DNA from: an uncultured Bdellovibrionales bacterium
GTDB taxonomy: Bacteria > Patescibacteriota > Minisyncoccia > Moranbacterales > DUUL01
Assembly (NCBI GenBank): GCA_964556685.1
Contig: CAZKWX010000001.1
Location: 95,854-159,853, forward strand
Length of the DNA: 64,000 bases
Direction: 5' to 3'
Shown here: positions 30,146-40,300 of the stretch, in pieces
How the letters are laid out: every line of letters begins with the position of its first letter
Position numbering within the stretch: position 1 is the first letter of the stretch
Position numbers and translations under genes: made by a program
Notes under the pieces: model-generated
What the model was told of the DNA's origin: nothing
Database searches by the model: none
The model's input: the letters and a program-made list of their open reading frames with translations, nothing else

Positions 30146-32191
30146 TCACAATTCCCGAACCTCTTCAACTTGCACTTTCTTGTCATTAGTTGGCACCATA
30201 CTCATCCAAGAAGGCACAAAAATAATTTCCGCTCGATCAAGTCCTTCATAGTTGATGAGGAATTGTTTGATTTTTTCTTCGCCATTGCCAACTACGCCAC
30301 TTTTCACATTCGCCAAATCAATCGTTGGCCAAGCCACCGTCCGGGCTTCGACATAGATGGTCAAACTGTTTTCATTGAAATCGGCTATTCCCTTTTTATA
30401 ACCAACTTGAGTTTTTAAATCCAATTCATAGCCGCTGCCAATTTCCTTTTCCAATTCAGCCACCACCACTTGGTCCACTTCTTCCTTGGAAAAAGCAATG
30501 GCTTTTATTTTCTGCTCCACTGAATAGGCGAACTTATTCGTCGTTGCACCTTCTTTGTGCGAACTTTGAGCTTTCTCAATGCTCATTTCAGCTGAATCAA
30601 TGATAATTTTCTTGCCTTCACCCAACTGCTGACCGATCTCTTGATCGAGAGAATTTTCCAATTCTTCCAGCGTTTTCTTTCTGGCGTTTTCAATGTCTCC
30701 AGCTGTGACCATAGAGACTTTTTTGCTCGCATCAGCCGTTCCTCCGCCAATCATAGCCTTAACGGACTTCGCCTCAAACTTCTCATATTTGAGATTGCCC
30801 TTAAAGCCTTCGATGGTGAAAGTGGACACGCCAATATTGAAATCCTCTCCCGGTTTATCAGCGATCACACTGACTGTCACTGCTCCCGCTTTGTCTCCAC
30901 TCATACCGGGCACTGTCACGCCTTCAGTCAGTCGAAACAGTTTTCCTTCCTTGGAAAGCACTCGGGTGGTGGCTACCAATGGCTGAGAAGCAGCCGAGTA
31001 GTTGTTATAGATAGTCACCTGACCTTTGGCCTTGCCATCATCACCTCCATAGGTTTCACCCGTTGCATCAAACTCAACTTCTTTTTTGATCACAACCTCT
31101 ACTGATTTACCAGCGACCACGGCATTTCCAATATCCAATTGCCCTGAACCCTTAGCCATCACCTTGATCTCTTTAGCCACTTCTTTTTTCACTGGATAAA
31201 CTTTCACCAGCACCTTAGGATAGTTGGAATAAATCCAAAAGGAAAAGAATGCCAGAATCAAAATAATTGACAGAACAACGATCGTCTTTTTCTTCTTTGA
31301 ATGAGTCTGCGTTTTTTCTTCGTCAGTTCGATAGTCTATTTTTTCTTTGTGCGGCTTTGAAGGTTCTTGTGGTCTTTGAGAGACTGGATCACTTGAGAAG
31401 AATTGTTCCGCTTTTTGATGGGTATCTTTTTCTTTTTTCTGCCTCATTTGGTGAGGAGGTGGTGGTGGACCCTGTGGTGGTCGACCTGGCATTAGAGCAC
31501 CTGGTCCTGGTGCAGGACCGGCTGGCTTAGTTGCTCGGCTTGCTGCCGCTGCAGGTATTCCGACTGCTACTGCTGGTTTAGCATTCATCCTTCGCGCAGT
31601 TTCATAACCTTTCACTGGCACATTGGTTGGTTGTGGAGCTGGTCGATTATATAAATCTTTTTTTAGTTGCTCTTGATGTAGCATATCAGTGGGCTGGCTT
31701 TTGCCAACTGCTCCTGCAGTCGCTGCTGCTCCGACTCTTACAGCTGCACCTGTCTTTTTTTCTTCTGGTGTTTCCTCATCAAAAAAGCTGCTTGAGCCAA
31801 CCGCTTTTTGCGGTTCCTGCATTTTCTGAGCTTGGTCCATCTCTTTCATTGCTTCTTCACTAGCTTGGTCGGCCACAGCTTGCTCTGTTTGAGCTTGAGC
31901 AACCGCACCTCCAGCTACCGCTTTTTGATCTCGAGCCTCTTCGGAAAGCGCGCCCACTCTGATTCCCACTCTTTCAATCACTTTCTTGGCATGGGGATCA
32001 TTGGTGTTGATTATAATAGTTTTGCCCATGTCCTCAACCTCTTTTTTGAGGATTTTTAAGTTGATCACACCATGAGTCAAGGCTGCATCCTTCGGAATTA
32101 CCAAGAAAATATCAGTTGCTTCTTCTGATCGAATTCGATCAATGATGCTGGTTATTTCTTCGTCAACATCGATGTATACAGTTCTGTGCAT
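30146..32191 (-). CDS. membrane-anchored protein with baseplate-J-like C-terminal region
   Basis: IYIDVDEEITSII start, disordered linker, TM, KAKGQVTIYN...ADKPGEDFNI...GG. Confidence 0.75.
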   Translation of the reverse strand: MHRTVYIDVDEEITSIIDRIRSEEATDIFLVIPKDAALTHGVINLKILKKEVEDMGKTIIINTNDPHAKKVIERVGIRVGALSEEARDQKAVAGGAVAQAQTEQAVADQASEEAMKEMDQAQKMQEPQKAVGSSSFFDEETPEEKKTGAAVRVGAAATAGAVGKSQPTDMLHQEQLKKDLYNRPAPQPTNVPVKGYETARRMNAKPAVAVGIPAAAASRATKPAGPAPGPGALMPGRPPQGPPPPPHQMRQKKEKDTHQKAEQFFSSDPVSQRPQEPSKPHKEKIDYRTDEEKTQTHSKKKKTIVVLSIILILAFFSFWIYSNYPKVLVKVYPVKKEVAKEIKVMAKGSGQLDIGNAVVAGKSVEVVIKKEVEFDATGETYGGDDGKAKGQVTIYNNYSAASQPLVATTRVLSKEGKLFRLTEGVTVPGMSGDKAGAVTVSVIADKPGEDFNIGVSTFTIEGFKGNLKYEKFEAKSVKAMIGGGTADASKKVSMVTAGDIENARKKTLEELENSLDQEIGQQLGEGKKIIIDSAEMSIEKAQSSHKEGATTNKFAYSVEQKIKAIAFSKEEVDQVVVAELEKEIGSGYELDLKTQVGYKKGIADFNENSLTIYVEARTVAWPTIDLANVKSGVVGNGEEKIKQFLINYEGLDRAEIIFVPSWMSMVPTNDKKVQVEEVREL

Positions 32192-32400
32192 TGGTTATTA
32201 TTTAATAGTTTCGTTTTTGTCATTCCGCATTTAGTGCGGAATCTATTAGGCAAAGATTCATTCTAACTCAGAACCTTTGAAAATTAGCTATTAAAAACTA
32301 TTCTCCTAATGGATTCCCGCCTTCGCGAGAATGACAGACAAATGTAATGGCTAATACTAAGTAATATTACAAAATATGAAATCTGAAATCGCAAATCCCA

Positions 32401-33654
32401 TCAATGTTGTATCATTCTCACCGCCTTATTGAGCACTTCTGATAGCATGCCTTGCTCACTTCTATAATCGAGCAAAAGATTGGCCAAGCCCATCGGCGCC
32501 ACCTCCTGGGGACTGCGCAGCAATTTGGTTTTATCAATAATGTTTACTACGTCGCGCGGTTGCAAATAGCTCACTTGGGGTTGTTGGGAAATTGGAAATT
32601 TGCTACTCCAGCTGCCTTCCATCAGCACTCTTCGAATTCCGGGAAGGCCGCTGCCTCCTCCACAGAGCAAAATACGAGAAGGGAGCAGATCGTGATTGAT
32701 GAAACTGTCCAAAGCAATCTCAAATCCACTCATCCAAACTTCACAGTCTTCTTGGAATACTTTTTCAATCTGTTCGGACACATTTTGACCAATGGTGCCA
32801 GTGGCATATTTCAATTTCAGCACCTCAGCTTCATCAAAAGACAGGTTCATTGCTCGAGCCAGTCTCTTAGTGAAAGCTCGACCTCCCAGAGCAAACATCA
32901 CTGTGCCTTCCAGGCCGCCATTGCGCACCAAGGCCACGTCTGTCGTGCCGCCACCCACATCAATGATAATGGCTCCAAATTCTGGATGATCATAGGTGCT
33001 GATTGATTGAGCAATAGCATAGGGTTCGGCTGCAATGGCCAGCAAATCGACATCCAGTTCATCAGCAATTTTTTGCAGTGCACCCAAATGGATCATGGGA
33101 GCATAGGCATTGAAAACGCTAATTGAGACATCTCTTCCCTGAAAGCCCATTGGATTGACAATGCGATAGCCGTCAATTTTCACACTGACAACAGTGGCGT
33201 TGATCAATTTGACATCTAATTCATTTTGACCTGTTTCCCAAGCCAATTGTTTTCTGATTCGATCGAAGGCTTTCCACTGAACTTTTTGCATGATATTTTT
33301 CAATTCTGGCATGTCAATTCTCACCTCTGGATGAGCTCGCTCATAGTGGACGGTAGTGGTTGTTCCCTTGACCAATTCGCCAGCGATTCCGATAATCGCT
33401 CGACCTACCTTCTTAACCGCCGCCATTTTTTCGGCTTGTTCAATCGCTTTTTGACAAGTTTGAACCACGCCACCGATGTCGCTGACTGCTCCACTGCTCA
33501 TGTGTCCCAAATGCTGTCGAGCTGTTCCATAGCCAACCACTGTTCCCTGCTTCTTATCTTTACTCATTTGAAAAACCAGAACCTTCACTAGTTCTGTTCC
33601 AATATCCAAAGATAGCACAAAATCGGAACTTGCTTTACGATTAAATAGTCCCAC
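32401..33654 (-). CDS. ftsA: FtsA-like actin-family ATPase
   Basis: LDIGTE, IDVGGGTTDVA, LCGGGS. Confidence 0.8.
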   Translation of the reverse strand: MGLFNRKASSDFVLSLDIGTELVKVLVFQMSKDKKQGTVVGYGTARQHLGHMSSGAVSDIGGVVQTCQKAIEQAEKMAAVKKVGRAIIGIAGELVKGTTTTVHYERAHPEVRIDMPELKNIMQKVQWKAFDRIRKQLAWETGQNELDVKLINATVVSVKIDGYRIVNPMGFQGRDVSISVFNAYAPMIHLGALQKIADELDVDLLAIAAEPYAIAQSISTYDHPEFGAIIIDVGGGTTDVALVRNGGLEGTVMFALGGRAFTKRLARAMNLSFDEAEVLKLKYATGTIGQNVSEQIEKVFQEDCEVWMSGFEIALDSFINHDLLPSRILLCGGGSGLPGIRRVLMEGSWSSKFPISQQPQVSYLQPRDVVNIIDKTKLLRSPQEVAPMGLANLLLDYRSEQGMLSEVLNKAVRMIQH

Positions 33655-33874
33655 TTATGTTTGTTTTATTTGTATTTTATTGTGGTCTTATTTTAGCATT
33701 TATATATAATTGTATCAATTATTTACGCATAAAAATTAGCATTTCTCATTTATTTCTTGACGGCTTGAATGTATAAGATGTATTATGGGTATAATCAAAT
33801 ACTTGATTAATTTGGTGGTGGGAAATTTCCCGCTTTTTTTGAAAACGTACATTTAAAAAGAGAGGAGAGGTCCG

Positions 33875-34342
33875 ATGTTTAAAAAGTCTTTATTACCAAT
33901 ATTGATTGTTGTGGCCGTCTGTTTTGTCGCTAATCTTGCGATAGCGCAGCCGGAGTATTCAAGATTTATAAGCCTTACCGGTACCAAAATAGTTGTGACG
34001 CTTCCCGAAAGCGTGGATCCCGAGTCTGAAGATATCGAGATTCGGGAAGTTAGTGGTGAATTTGAAGTATATTTTTTGGTCGATGCCCCTACATTAAGCA
34101 TGAACAACAGTACTAAAGTCGCGCTAACAGGTAGAGATTGGCACTACGCCGATTTATATCGAGCAAGTGCCAGCAGTCATTTGATGCGTATTACCGAAGA
34201 GGAAAAACAATTATTAGTTTCCCTCGCCAGATGTCCAGTGGATCCAAATATAGATCCCACTACCTGCGAAATGAGCACTAGAGCTGGAACTGAAATTGTT
34301 ATTACCATCGATAATGTTTTCGAATCTCGACGACGACGATAG
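33875..34342 (+). CDS. secreted hypothetical protein
   Basis: SD, signal peptide, downstream terminator at ~34385-34430. Confidence 0.7.
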   Translation: MFKKSLLPILIVVAVCFVANLAIAQPEYSRFISLTGTKIVVTLPESVDPESEDIEIREVSGEFEVYFLVDAPTLSMNNSTKVALTGRDWHYADLYRASASSHLMRITEEEKQLLVSLARCPVDPNIDPTTCEMSTRAGTEIVITIDNVFESRRRR

Positions 34343-34460
34343 AGTGTGCGATTGAAACAGAAACACCTAGTAACTCCTACAAAAAACAGGGCTTTCCGTG
34401 AATCATCTACGGAAAGCCTGCTTGTTTTTTATTCGAGACAGTTTTATGGTCTCGAATTAA

Positions 34461-34658
34461 TTATAAGTGTTTACTACAGAGAGCAGTACCCATTTTTTCT
34501 TCAATGATCACTGCCGCTGCCTTGGATCCAGGAATGTTTAAAAGCTGTTTCCATTCCTTTTCTGTAAGCTGCACAGTCTAGATATCTCTTTTACACGCAC
34601 ACCCAGGGTCTTCACATGAAACAGGACCCCATGCCTCACCAAGCGAAAATAAACACAT
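34461..34658 (-). pseudogene. small Cys-rich ORF interrupted by an in-frame TAG
   Basis: MCLF...CEDPGCACKRDI*TVQL...LCSKHL*; SD AGAGGT. Confidence 0.4.
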
Positions 34659-34684
34659 GATTACCTCTCTTCTAACTCTCGCTT

Positions 34685-34888
34685 TTAAGCATATTTATTC
34701 ATTTCATTTTTTACACCACTTCCGAATAAAGCGGTAATCGCAGCCATAACAACTAAGTTATAAACGGTTAAGCTACTTAATCCGGTGTCGTAGTAAAAGA
34801 ACCATGTGGCAAGCCATCCTGAAAATGCAATAGCCGCCATCGGCTTTATTACTTCTGATCTTTGCCAAACTCTTTTTAAAGCAGTCAA
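34685..34888 (-). CDS. small 2-TM hypothetical protein
   Basis: SD AGGAGG, TTG start, two hydrophobic segments. Confidence 0.55.
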   Translation of the reverse strand: MTALKRVWQRSEVIKPMAAIAFSGWLATWFFYYDTGLSSLTVYNLVVMAAITALFGSGVKNEMNKYA

Positions 34889-34906
34889 AGTGCGCCTCCT
34901 TTCGAC

Positions 34907-35329
34907 TTATTCAGTCATATTCACTTTCTTATTAAAATAACACTCAACCAAATTCTTTGTTGCTGGAAACAAATTGTCAGGAATAGCATCTTTGATAAAC
35001 CATTCCCACCTTTCCCAATCTTCTGGAAGAAGCACTTTGGGTTCATCATCAATTTCAGCAGTCACTCCAATCCCGATGTAGTGATTATCCAGAGCATAGT
35101 TTGTGTTGACGCAGATGAGTTCATATTTTGTAACATTACAACCAAACTCTTCTTTAATATTTCTTTTGACCGTGTCACCAATTTTCTCACCAAACTGAAC
35201 GTCTCTCCCAGGAACACCATAAACTTGTTTGCCTTCATAATTCCATTTTTCAGTTAGCAAACCAAGAAGAATCTTATCTCCTTTCAGAACGAGAATATCA
35301 ACATTGATTCCCGGTGATTTTGCAAGCAT
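34907..35329 (-). CDS. NUDIX-fold hydrolase
   Basis: PGRDVQFGEKIGDTVKRNIKEEFG degenerate Nudix box. Confidence 0.85.
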   Translation of the reverse strand: MLAKSPGINVDILVLKGDKILLGLLTEKWNYEGKQVYGVPGRDVQFGEKIGDTVKRNIKEEFGCNVTKYELICVNTNYALDNHYIGIGVTAEIDDEPKVLLPEDWERWEWFIKDAIPDNLFPATKNLVECYFNKKVNMTE

Positions 35330-35391
35330 AAAAATACTCTTAGGGGATTGGGAAAACGACAGCATGTTACTAAGTCGTTTTCCCGAGAGGC

Positions 35392-35595
35392 CTAAGCAAC
35401 TTCATCTTCCGGCGAATTATCTATTCGGCAGTAAGTTATTTTTCCAGTCTCTTCATCAGGAATACACTCAAACAGGTCTTTCCCTCGCCGACGACGTTGG
35501 TTTCTACCGACCGGTATCGAAGGTCCAATCGGAATTCCCAAATACATTTCTTGTTTCCTTCTTCTATTCTCCGATTCTGGTGATCCATCTCGCAT
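35392..35595 (-). CDS. hypothetical protein
   Basis: SD AGGAGGT. Confidence 0.5.
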   Translation of the reverse strand: MRDGSPESENRRRKQEMYLGIPIGPSIPVGRNQRRRRGKDLFECIPDEETGKITYCRIDNSPEDEVA

Positions 35596-35671
35596 GATTT
35601 ACCTCCTTTGAGTTTTATTTTCAATCCCCTAAAAATATTTTAAAGATCAATACAGTGCTTTTAAATTACCA

Positions 35672-36513
35672 TTAAATTAAGTTAATCGGACTTCCTTTTA
35701 TCCACGCCTCAATGTTCTTAATCATCATATCATTTGATTTCCTTAGTTCCGCTTCTGAATTCCATGCAATATGCGGAGTAACCAATATTTTAGGATGACT
35801 TATCAATCTTTTATAATTTTCTCCTCTTGTATCCCCAACAATATCGTCCGATGTATCGTCTGCGGCGCCAATCAATATTCTTTTGTCCAAGGCTCCCTTC
35901 AGTGATTCGAGATCATAAGTTTTGTTTCTCGCTGCTGAAATAAAAAAGGCTCCTTTCTTTAACGAATCAAAGAAACTCTTACCTAGTAGGTTGACGGTCG
36001 TCGGATTTGCACTTAAACAATTCGCTATAATGTCAGCATCTTTAGTGGTCGTAGTTAAATCATCACCACGTTTAAAGAAGACGACTTCCATCCCCAAGCT
36101 TTTACATATTTTTCCGAGTCGTTTGCCAATATTTCCAGCTCCTAGAATAGCTATCTTCTTGTTGTATAAGCCACTTGTTGTCTTCAATATTTTTTCCTTT
36201 GGAAGATCCTTTGCTCTATTAAGCTCAGATAATTTTCTAAAGTACATTAAGAGCATGCCAACAAACCATTCCGCAACAGCTTCTTTGTTACATCCTGGTG
36301 AGTTAGATATGGAAATGTTTCTTTTTTTCAGTTTATCTTTATCTAAAAAATCAACACCCACTAAGGGAAGTGAAATAAATACGTTCTCTAATTCATATAG
36401 CTTGTTTGATTTTAGACCGAACTATAATAAATAACATTTCCTAGTGAATCTAGGCGTTTAATTTGGTCTTTGTAAAATTTCAGATTTGTAGCTACTACTA
36501 TTTTTGGTTTCAT
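35672..36513 (-). pseudogene. D-isomer 2-hydroxyacid dehydrogenase, frameshifted near 36420
   Basis: GAGNIG, SAAR and VTPHIAW in the main frame; N-terminus MKPKIVVA... lies in another frame and stops at ~36412. Confidence 0.75.
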
Positions 36514-36638
36514 AATTGTGTGATCCAGTCCTTTTTTATATTTATCCATCTCGTACGTACCCACGTATATACGTCCGTATATACGTTTCGAGACACTTAT
36601 CTTCCTTTTTACGGTTTACTTTTAAATGTCTACTACTC

Positions 36639-36704
36639 CTAAACAACCACACTTACCAACCTCCCCTTCACATAAATCACTTTCTCGGGTTTTTTACCGT
36701 CCAG
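36639..36704 (-). pseudogene. orphan leuS 3'-end fragment (copy 3)
   Basis: LDGKKPEKVIYVKGRLVSVVV*. Confidence 0.9.
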
Positions 36705-37200
36705 ACTTTGGATTCTTAAATCTCTCAAAAATCAAATGTGTCGAATTGCTACCGAAGGCATACTTTCGAAACAAGCTGTCTTCCAAAGATGCTAGCTCCA
36801 GATTGTTCTTTGTTTCTCCCCTAATCCATAGATTGTGACGAGTATGGTCTACTAAATAAGCTTCCGTTATCGCCCTGAATTTTCCAAAGTCAATCTTATC
36901 TGGTCTTGAATATTCTACTAACCACCAAAATGGTAGGTTATTTCCAATATCGTCGCCAACAAAATGGAGCACCGTTCTTATGATGTGTAGTTCAAAATTC
37001 TTTTTGTCTATTTTTCCATTGAATTTAGTTACGATGTTGTTCATCGCTGATTCCCAAGTACTCTTATGTGCATTAATCTTAGCCAAACCATCGAAAGCAC
37101 CTGTTGTCGTATCGCAATATTCACATTCATCTAGCTTGGTTAATTCTCCAGCAACCATCATATTCGGATTACTTTCGTTGATCTGTACAAAATATTTCAT
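36694..37200 (-). CDS. hypothetical cargo protein between the leuS fragments
   Basis: 168-aa ORF with SD AAGGT; its stop lies inside fragment 3. Confidence 0.7.
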   Translation of the reverse strand: MKYFVQINESNPNMMVAGELTKLDECEYCDTTTGAFDGLAKINAHKSTWESAMNNIVTKFNGKIDKKNFELHIIRTVLHFVGDDIGNNLPFWWLVEYSRPDKIDFGKFRAITEAYLVDHTRHNLWIRGETKNNLELASLEDSLFRKYAFGSNSTHLIFERFKNPKSGR

Positions 37201-37248
37201 ATTTACCTTTTTGTTATTTATAAATGCTCCTTAATTTTATTAATTCTT

Positions 37249-37347
37249 TTATACAACTACACTCACCAACCTCCCTTTTACATAAATCACCTTCTTTGGC
37301 TTCTTACTGCCTAAATATTTTTGAATTTTCTCACTTCCAAGGGCAAC
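37249..37347 (-). pseudogene. orphan leuS 3'-end fragment (copy 2)
   Basis: VALGSEKIQKYLGSKKPKKVIYVKGRLVSVVV*. Confidence 0.92.
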
Positions 37348-37388
37348 CCGCACACACTCTCATATATGCATATATGAGAGTGCTCGTG

Positions 37389-40300
37389 TTAAGTTACAAT
37401 GTTAACTAGCCGTCCTTTCACATAAATCACTTTCTTTGGTTTCTTTCTTCCTAAGTGTCTTTGTACTTTTTCGCTTCCCAAAGCAATCTTCTCTGCTTCT
37501 TTCTCTGAAATATCTTTTGAAACCATCACTTTATCACGCACTTTGCCATTGACCTGAATCACCAATTCAATTTCATCTTCAATTACTTTCTTGGGATCAA
37601 ACTTGGGCCATCTTTGTTCAAAGATTGAAGTATGCTTCTGGGCTTTCTTATTTTCCCCCTTTAGCAAAGGGGGTGTCCCGGCCTTGCCGGGACGGAGGAT
37701 TTGAAGTTCAGCCCAAAATTCTTCCGCTATATGAGGTGCCATTGGGGCTATAACCAATGCTAACGTCTCTTTTACCTTTTTAGCTTGAACTTTGTTAAAA
37801 TCATCTTTGTGATCCCGCATCCAGTTGACATATTCCATAATCCTCGCCACTGCTGTGTTGAAAGAAAGTTTTTCAATATCTTCTCCAACAACTTTGATTG
37901 TTTTGTCAATCATAGACATGTTCAATGGCTTTGTCTTGTTTTGTAGATGACGCAGATCTGCGTCATCTACAGACTTTGTATCGTCTGCTCCTACCTCATG
38001 AAAAACTTTCCACATTCGATTGAGGAACTTGTGCATTCCTTCAATGCCACTGTCTCGCCAGTCACCACCTTGGGCAAAGTCTCCTACAAATCGAAGATAG
38101 AGCCGTACAGTGTCAGCACCATACTTTTTGATCGCATCATCGGGGTTAACCACATTGCCTTTCGATTTGCTCATCTTAGTCCCGTCTTTGGTAATCAAAC
38201 CATGTCCAAAAAATCTCTTGTAAGGCTCGTCAAAATCAATGTAACCCAAGTCTTTCAAAACCATGGTCATGAAACGAGAATAAAGAAGATGTAAGACTGT
38301 GTGCTCCTTGCCACCAATGTAACTGTCCACCGGCAGCCATTTCTTGGTTCGCTTTCTGTCAAAAATCACCTCATTAAATTCAGTCGATGGATAGCGGAAA
38401 AAATACCAAGCGCTGTCGAGGAACGGATCCGAGACATCGGTTTCTCGCTCGGCGTCTCCTTCACAAACTGGGCATTTAACTTTGACAAACTTTTCATTTT
38501 TGGCCAAAGGCCCCTTGCCTTTCCCTTCCGGCAAAAAATCTTCCATCGGTGGTAATTTCACCGGAAGATCTTCCTCGGGAACCGAGACTGCCACTGGCTC
38601 AATACTCTCTTGGATTTTCTCTAGCAATTCTGGAAACTTCTTATTCTTTGGATTATCATCTACACAAAAATGCTTCCTGCCTTTAAGTTTTATTAATTTT
38701 GCACCCAACTTATTGCTAATCATCTCTGCACTTTCAACTCGATGAGTTTTGTCATTTGAGATAAAAATGGTCAGACTCTCAATCTGGTTTTTCAAACTCG
38801 AGTCAATTTTAAAATCAACAAAGCCTTTTATTCGCTCTTCTCTCTTAACTAATTTTTTAGATGGAGCATTTAAAATAACATTTCTAGCTTTTCTCCCTGT
38901 TTCTGATAGCCATTTTAATATAAAAGCTCCTCCGGCACTTGTTCCAACTAAAATTGTATCTTCATCAACATCAAAATTATCAATAGTTTCTTTCCAGTCT
39001 TCATAGTCCGGCTTCCAGTCTGTCGGCATAATTGGATTTATAACTTCAAATCCGTTCTTTTTCAGCTCTTTTTCAAGCCAGCTATGCCAATGTCGAACAT
39101 TCGGTTCAACATAATCTTTGTCGTGAGCTTTCGTCCGACCTGAAGAACCATGGATCATTAAAACTTTAATCCTTTTCAGCCCCTCCTTTTTCCTCCCCTT
39201 ACTAAGGGGAGGATTTAGGTGGGGTCCAAGCGCACAGCGCTTGCACCAGACAATCGGAATCGGCGGCCCCCAATATCTTTGCCGTGAAATGCACCAGTCA
39301 CGTAATTTGTAATTAACCGTCCATTTTCCATTTCCCTTTTCGACAGAAAAATCACCAATTGCTTTTCGAGCTTTCTTGGTTGGCATATCATCGAATTTCC
39401 CAGCATTCATCATCAGTCCCTCATTAACATAAGCCTTTTTCATTTTCTTTGGATCAAGCTTCTTTTCTCCCTTGGGATAAATCACGGGCACCAAATCTAG
39501 CTTATATTTTTTGGCAAACTCAAAATCTCTTTGATCGTGAGTGGGAGTGCACTTTACAATTCCCGTGCCATATTCATAGACAGCGAAATTAGCAGTATAA
39601 ATTGGCATTTCCCGGCCATTGAGATGATTGATCGCATACCGACCTGTAAAAAATCCTTCTTTCTTCTTTTCGACGTTGGCTGGGTCTTTGACTTTTTCTT
39701 CAATCACCTTCCGGCAGAAATCTTTGGCTCCTTTTTCATATTTTGTGCCTTGGACTAATTCATCAACAACAGGATGTTCTGGAGCAACAACCATAAAAGT
39801 AGCTCCCCAAGTGGTGTGTGGCCAGGTGGTAAAAGTTTTCAATTTTAATTTTATATCTTTGACTTTCCATTCTTCTTCCAAACCTTTACTTTTTCCAATC
39901 CAATTCCTCTGATTGGTTTTCACATCATCCGGCCAGTCGATCCAATCTAAATTCTTTAATAGCTGATCGGCATATTTAGTAATAGCAAAAAACCATTGCT
40001 TTAATTCTTTTTTCTCAACAACGCTGTCGCAGCGTTCGCACTTTCCTGCAATCACCTGTTCATCAGACAAAACTGTTTTACATGAAGGACACCAGTTCAC
40101 CTTGGCTTCTTTTTGATAGGCTAGTCCCTTCTTGAACATCTGCAGAAAAATCCATTGAGTCCACTTATAATAATTCGGTTTGTAAGTCTCCACTGTCCGC
40201 GACCAATCATACATGTTTCCGATTTCATGCAATTGCCGATAGAAATTTTTCTCACTCCTTTTAGAAACATCGCTAATGTGTTCGCCAATTTTCATGGCAT

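Noticed and set aside
30146-32191. Prophage
   Set aside because: No other phage genes; the protein is membrane-anchored next to ftsA.
36639-37500. leuS copies as DGR template/variable repeats
   Set aside because: Differences are mostly synonymous and not restricted to adenines.
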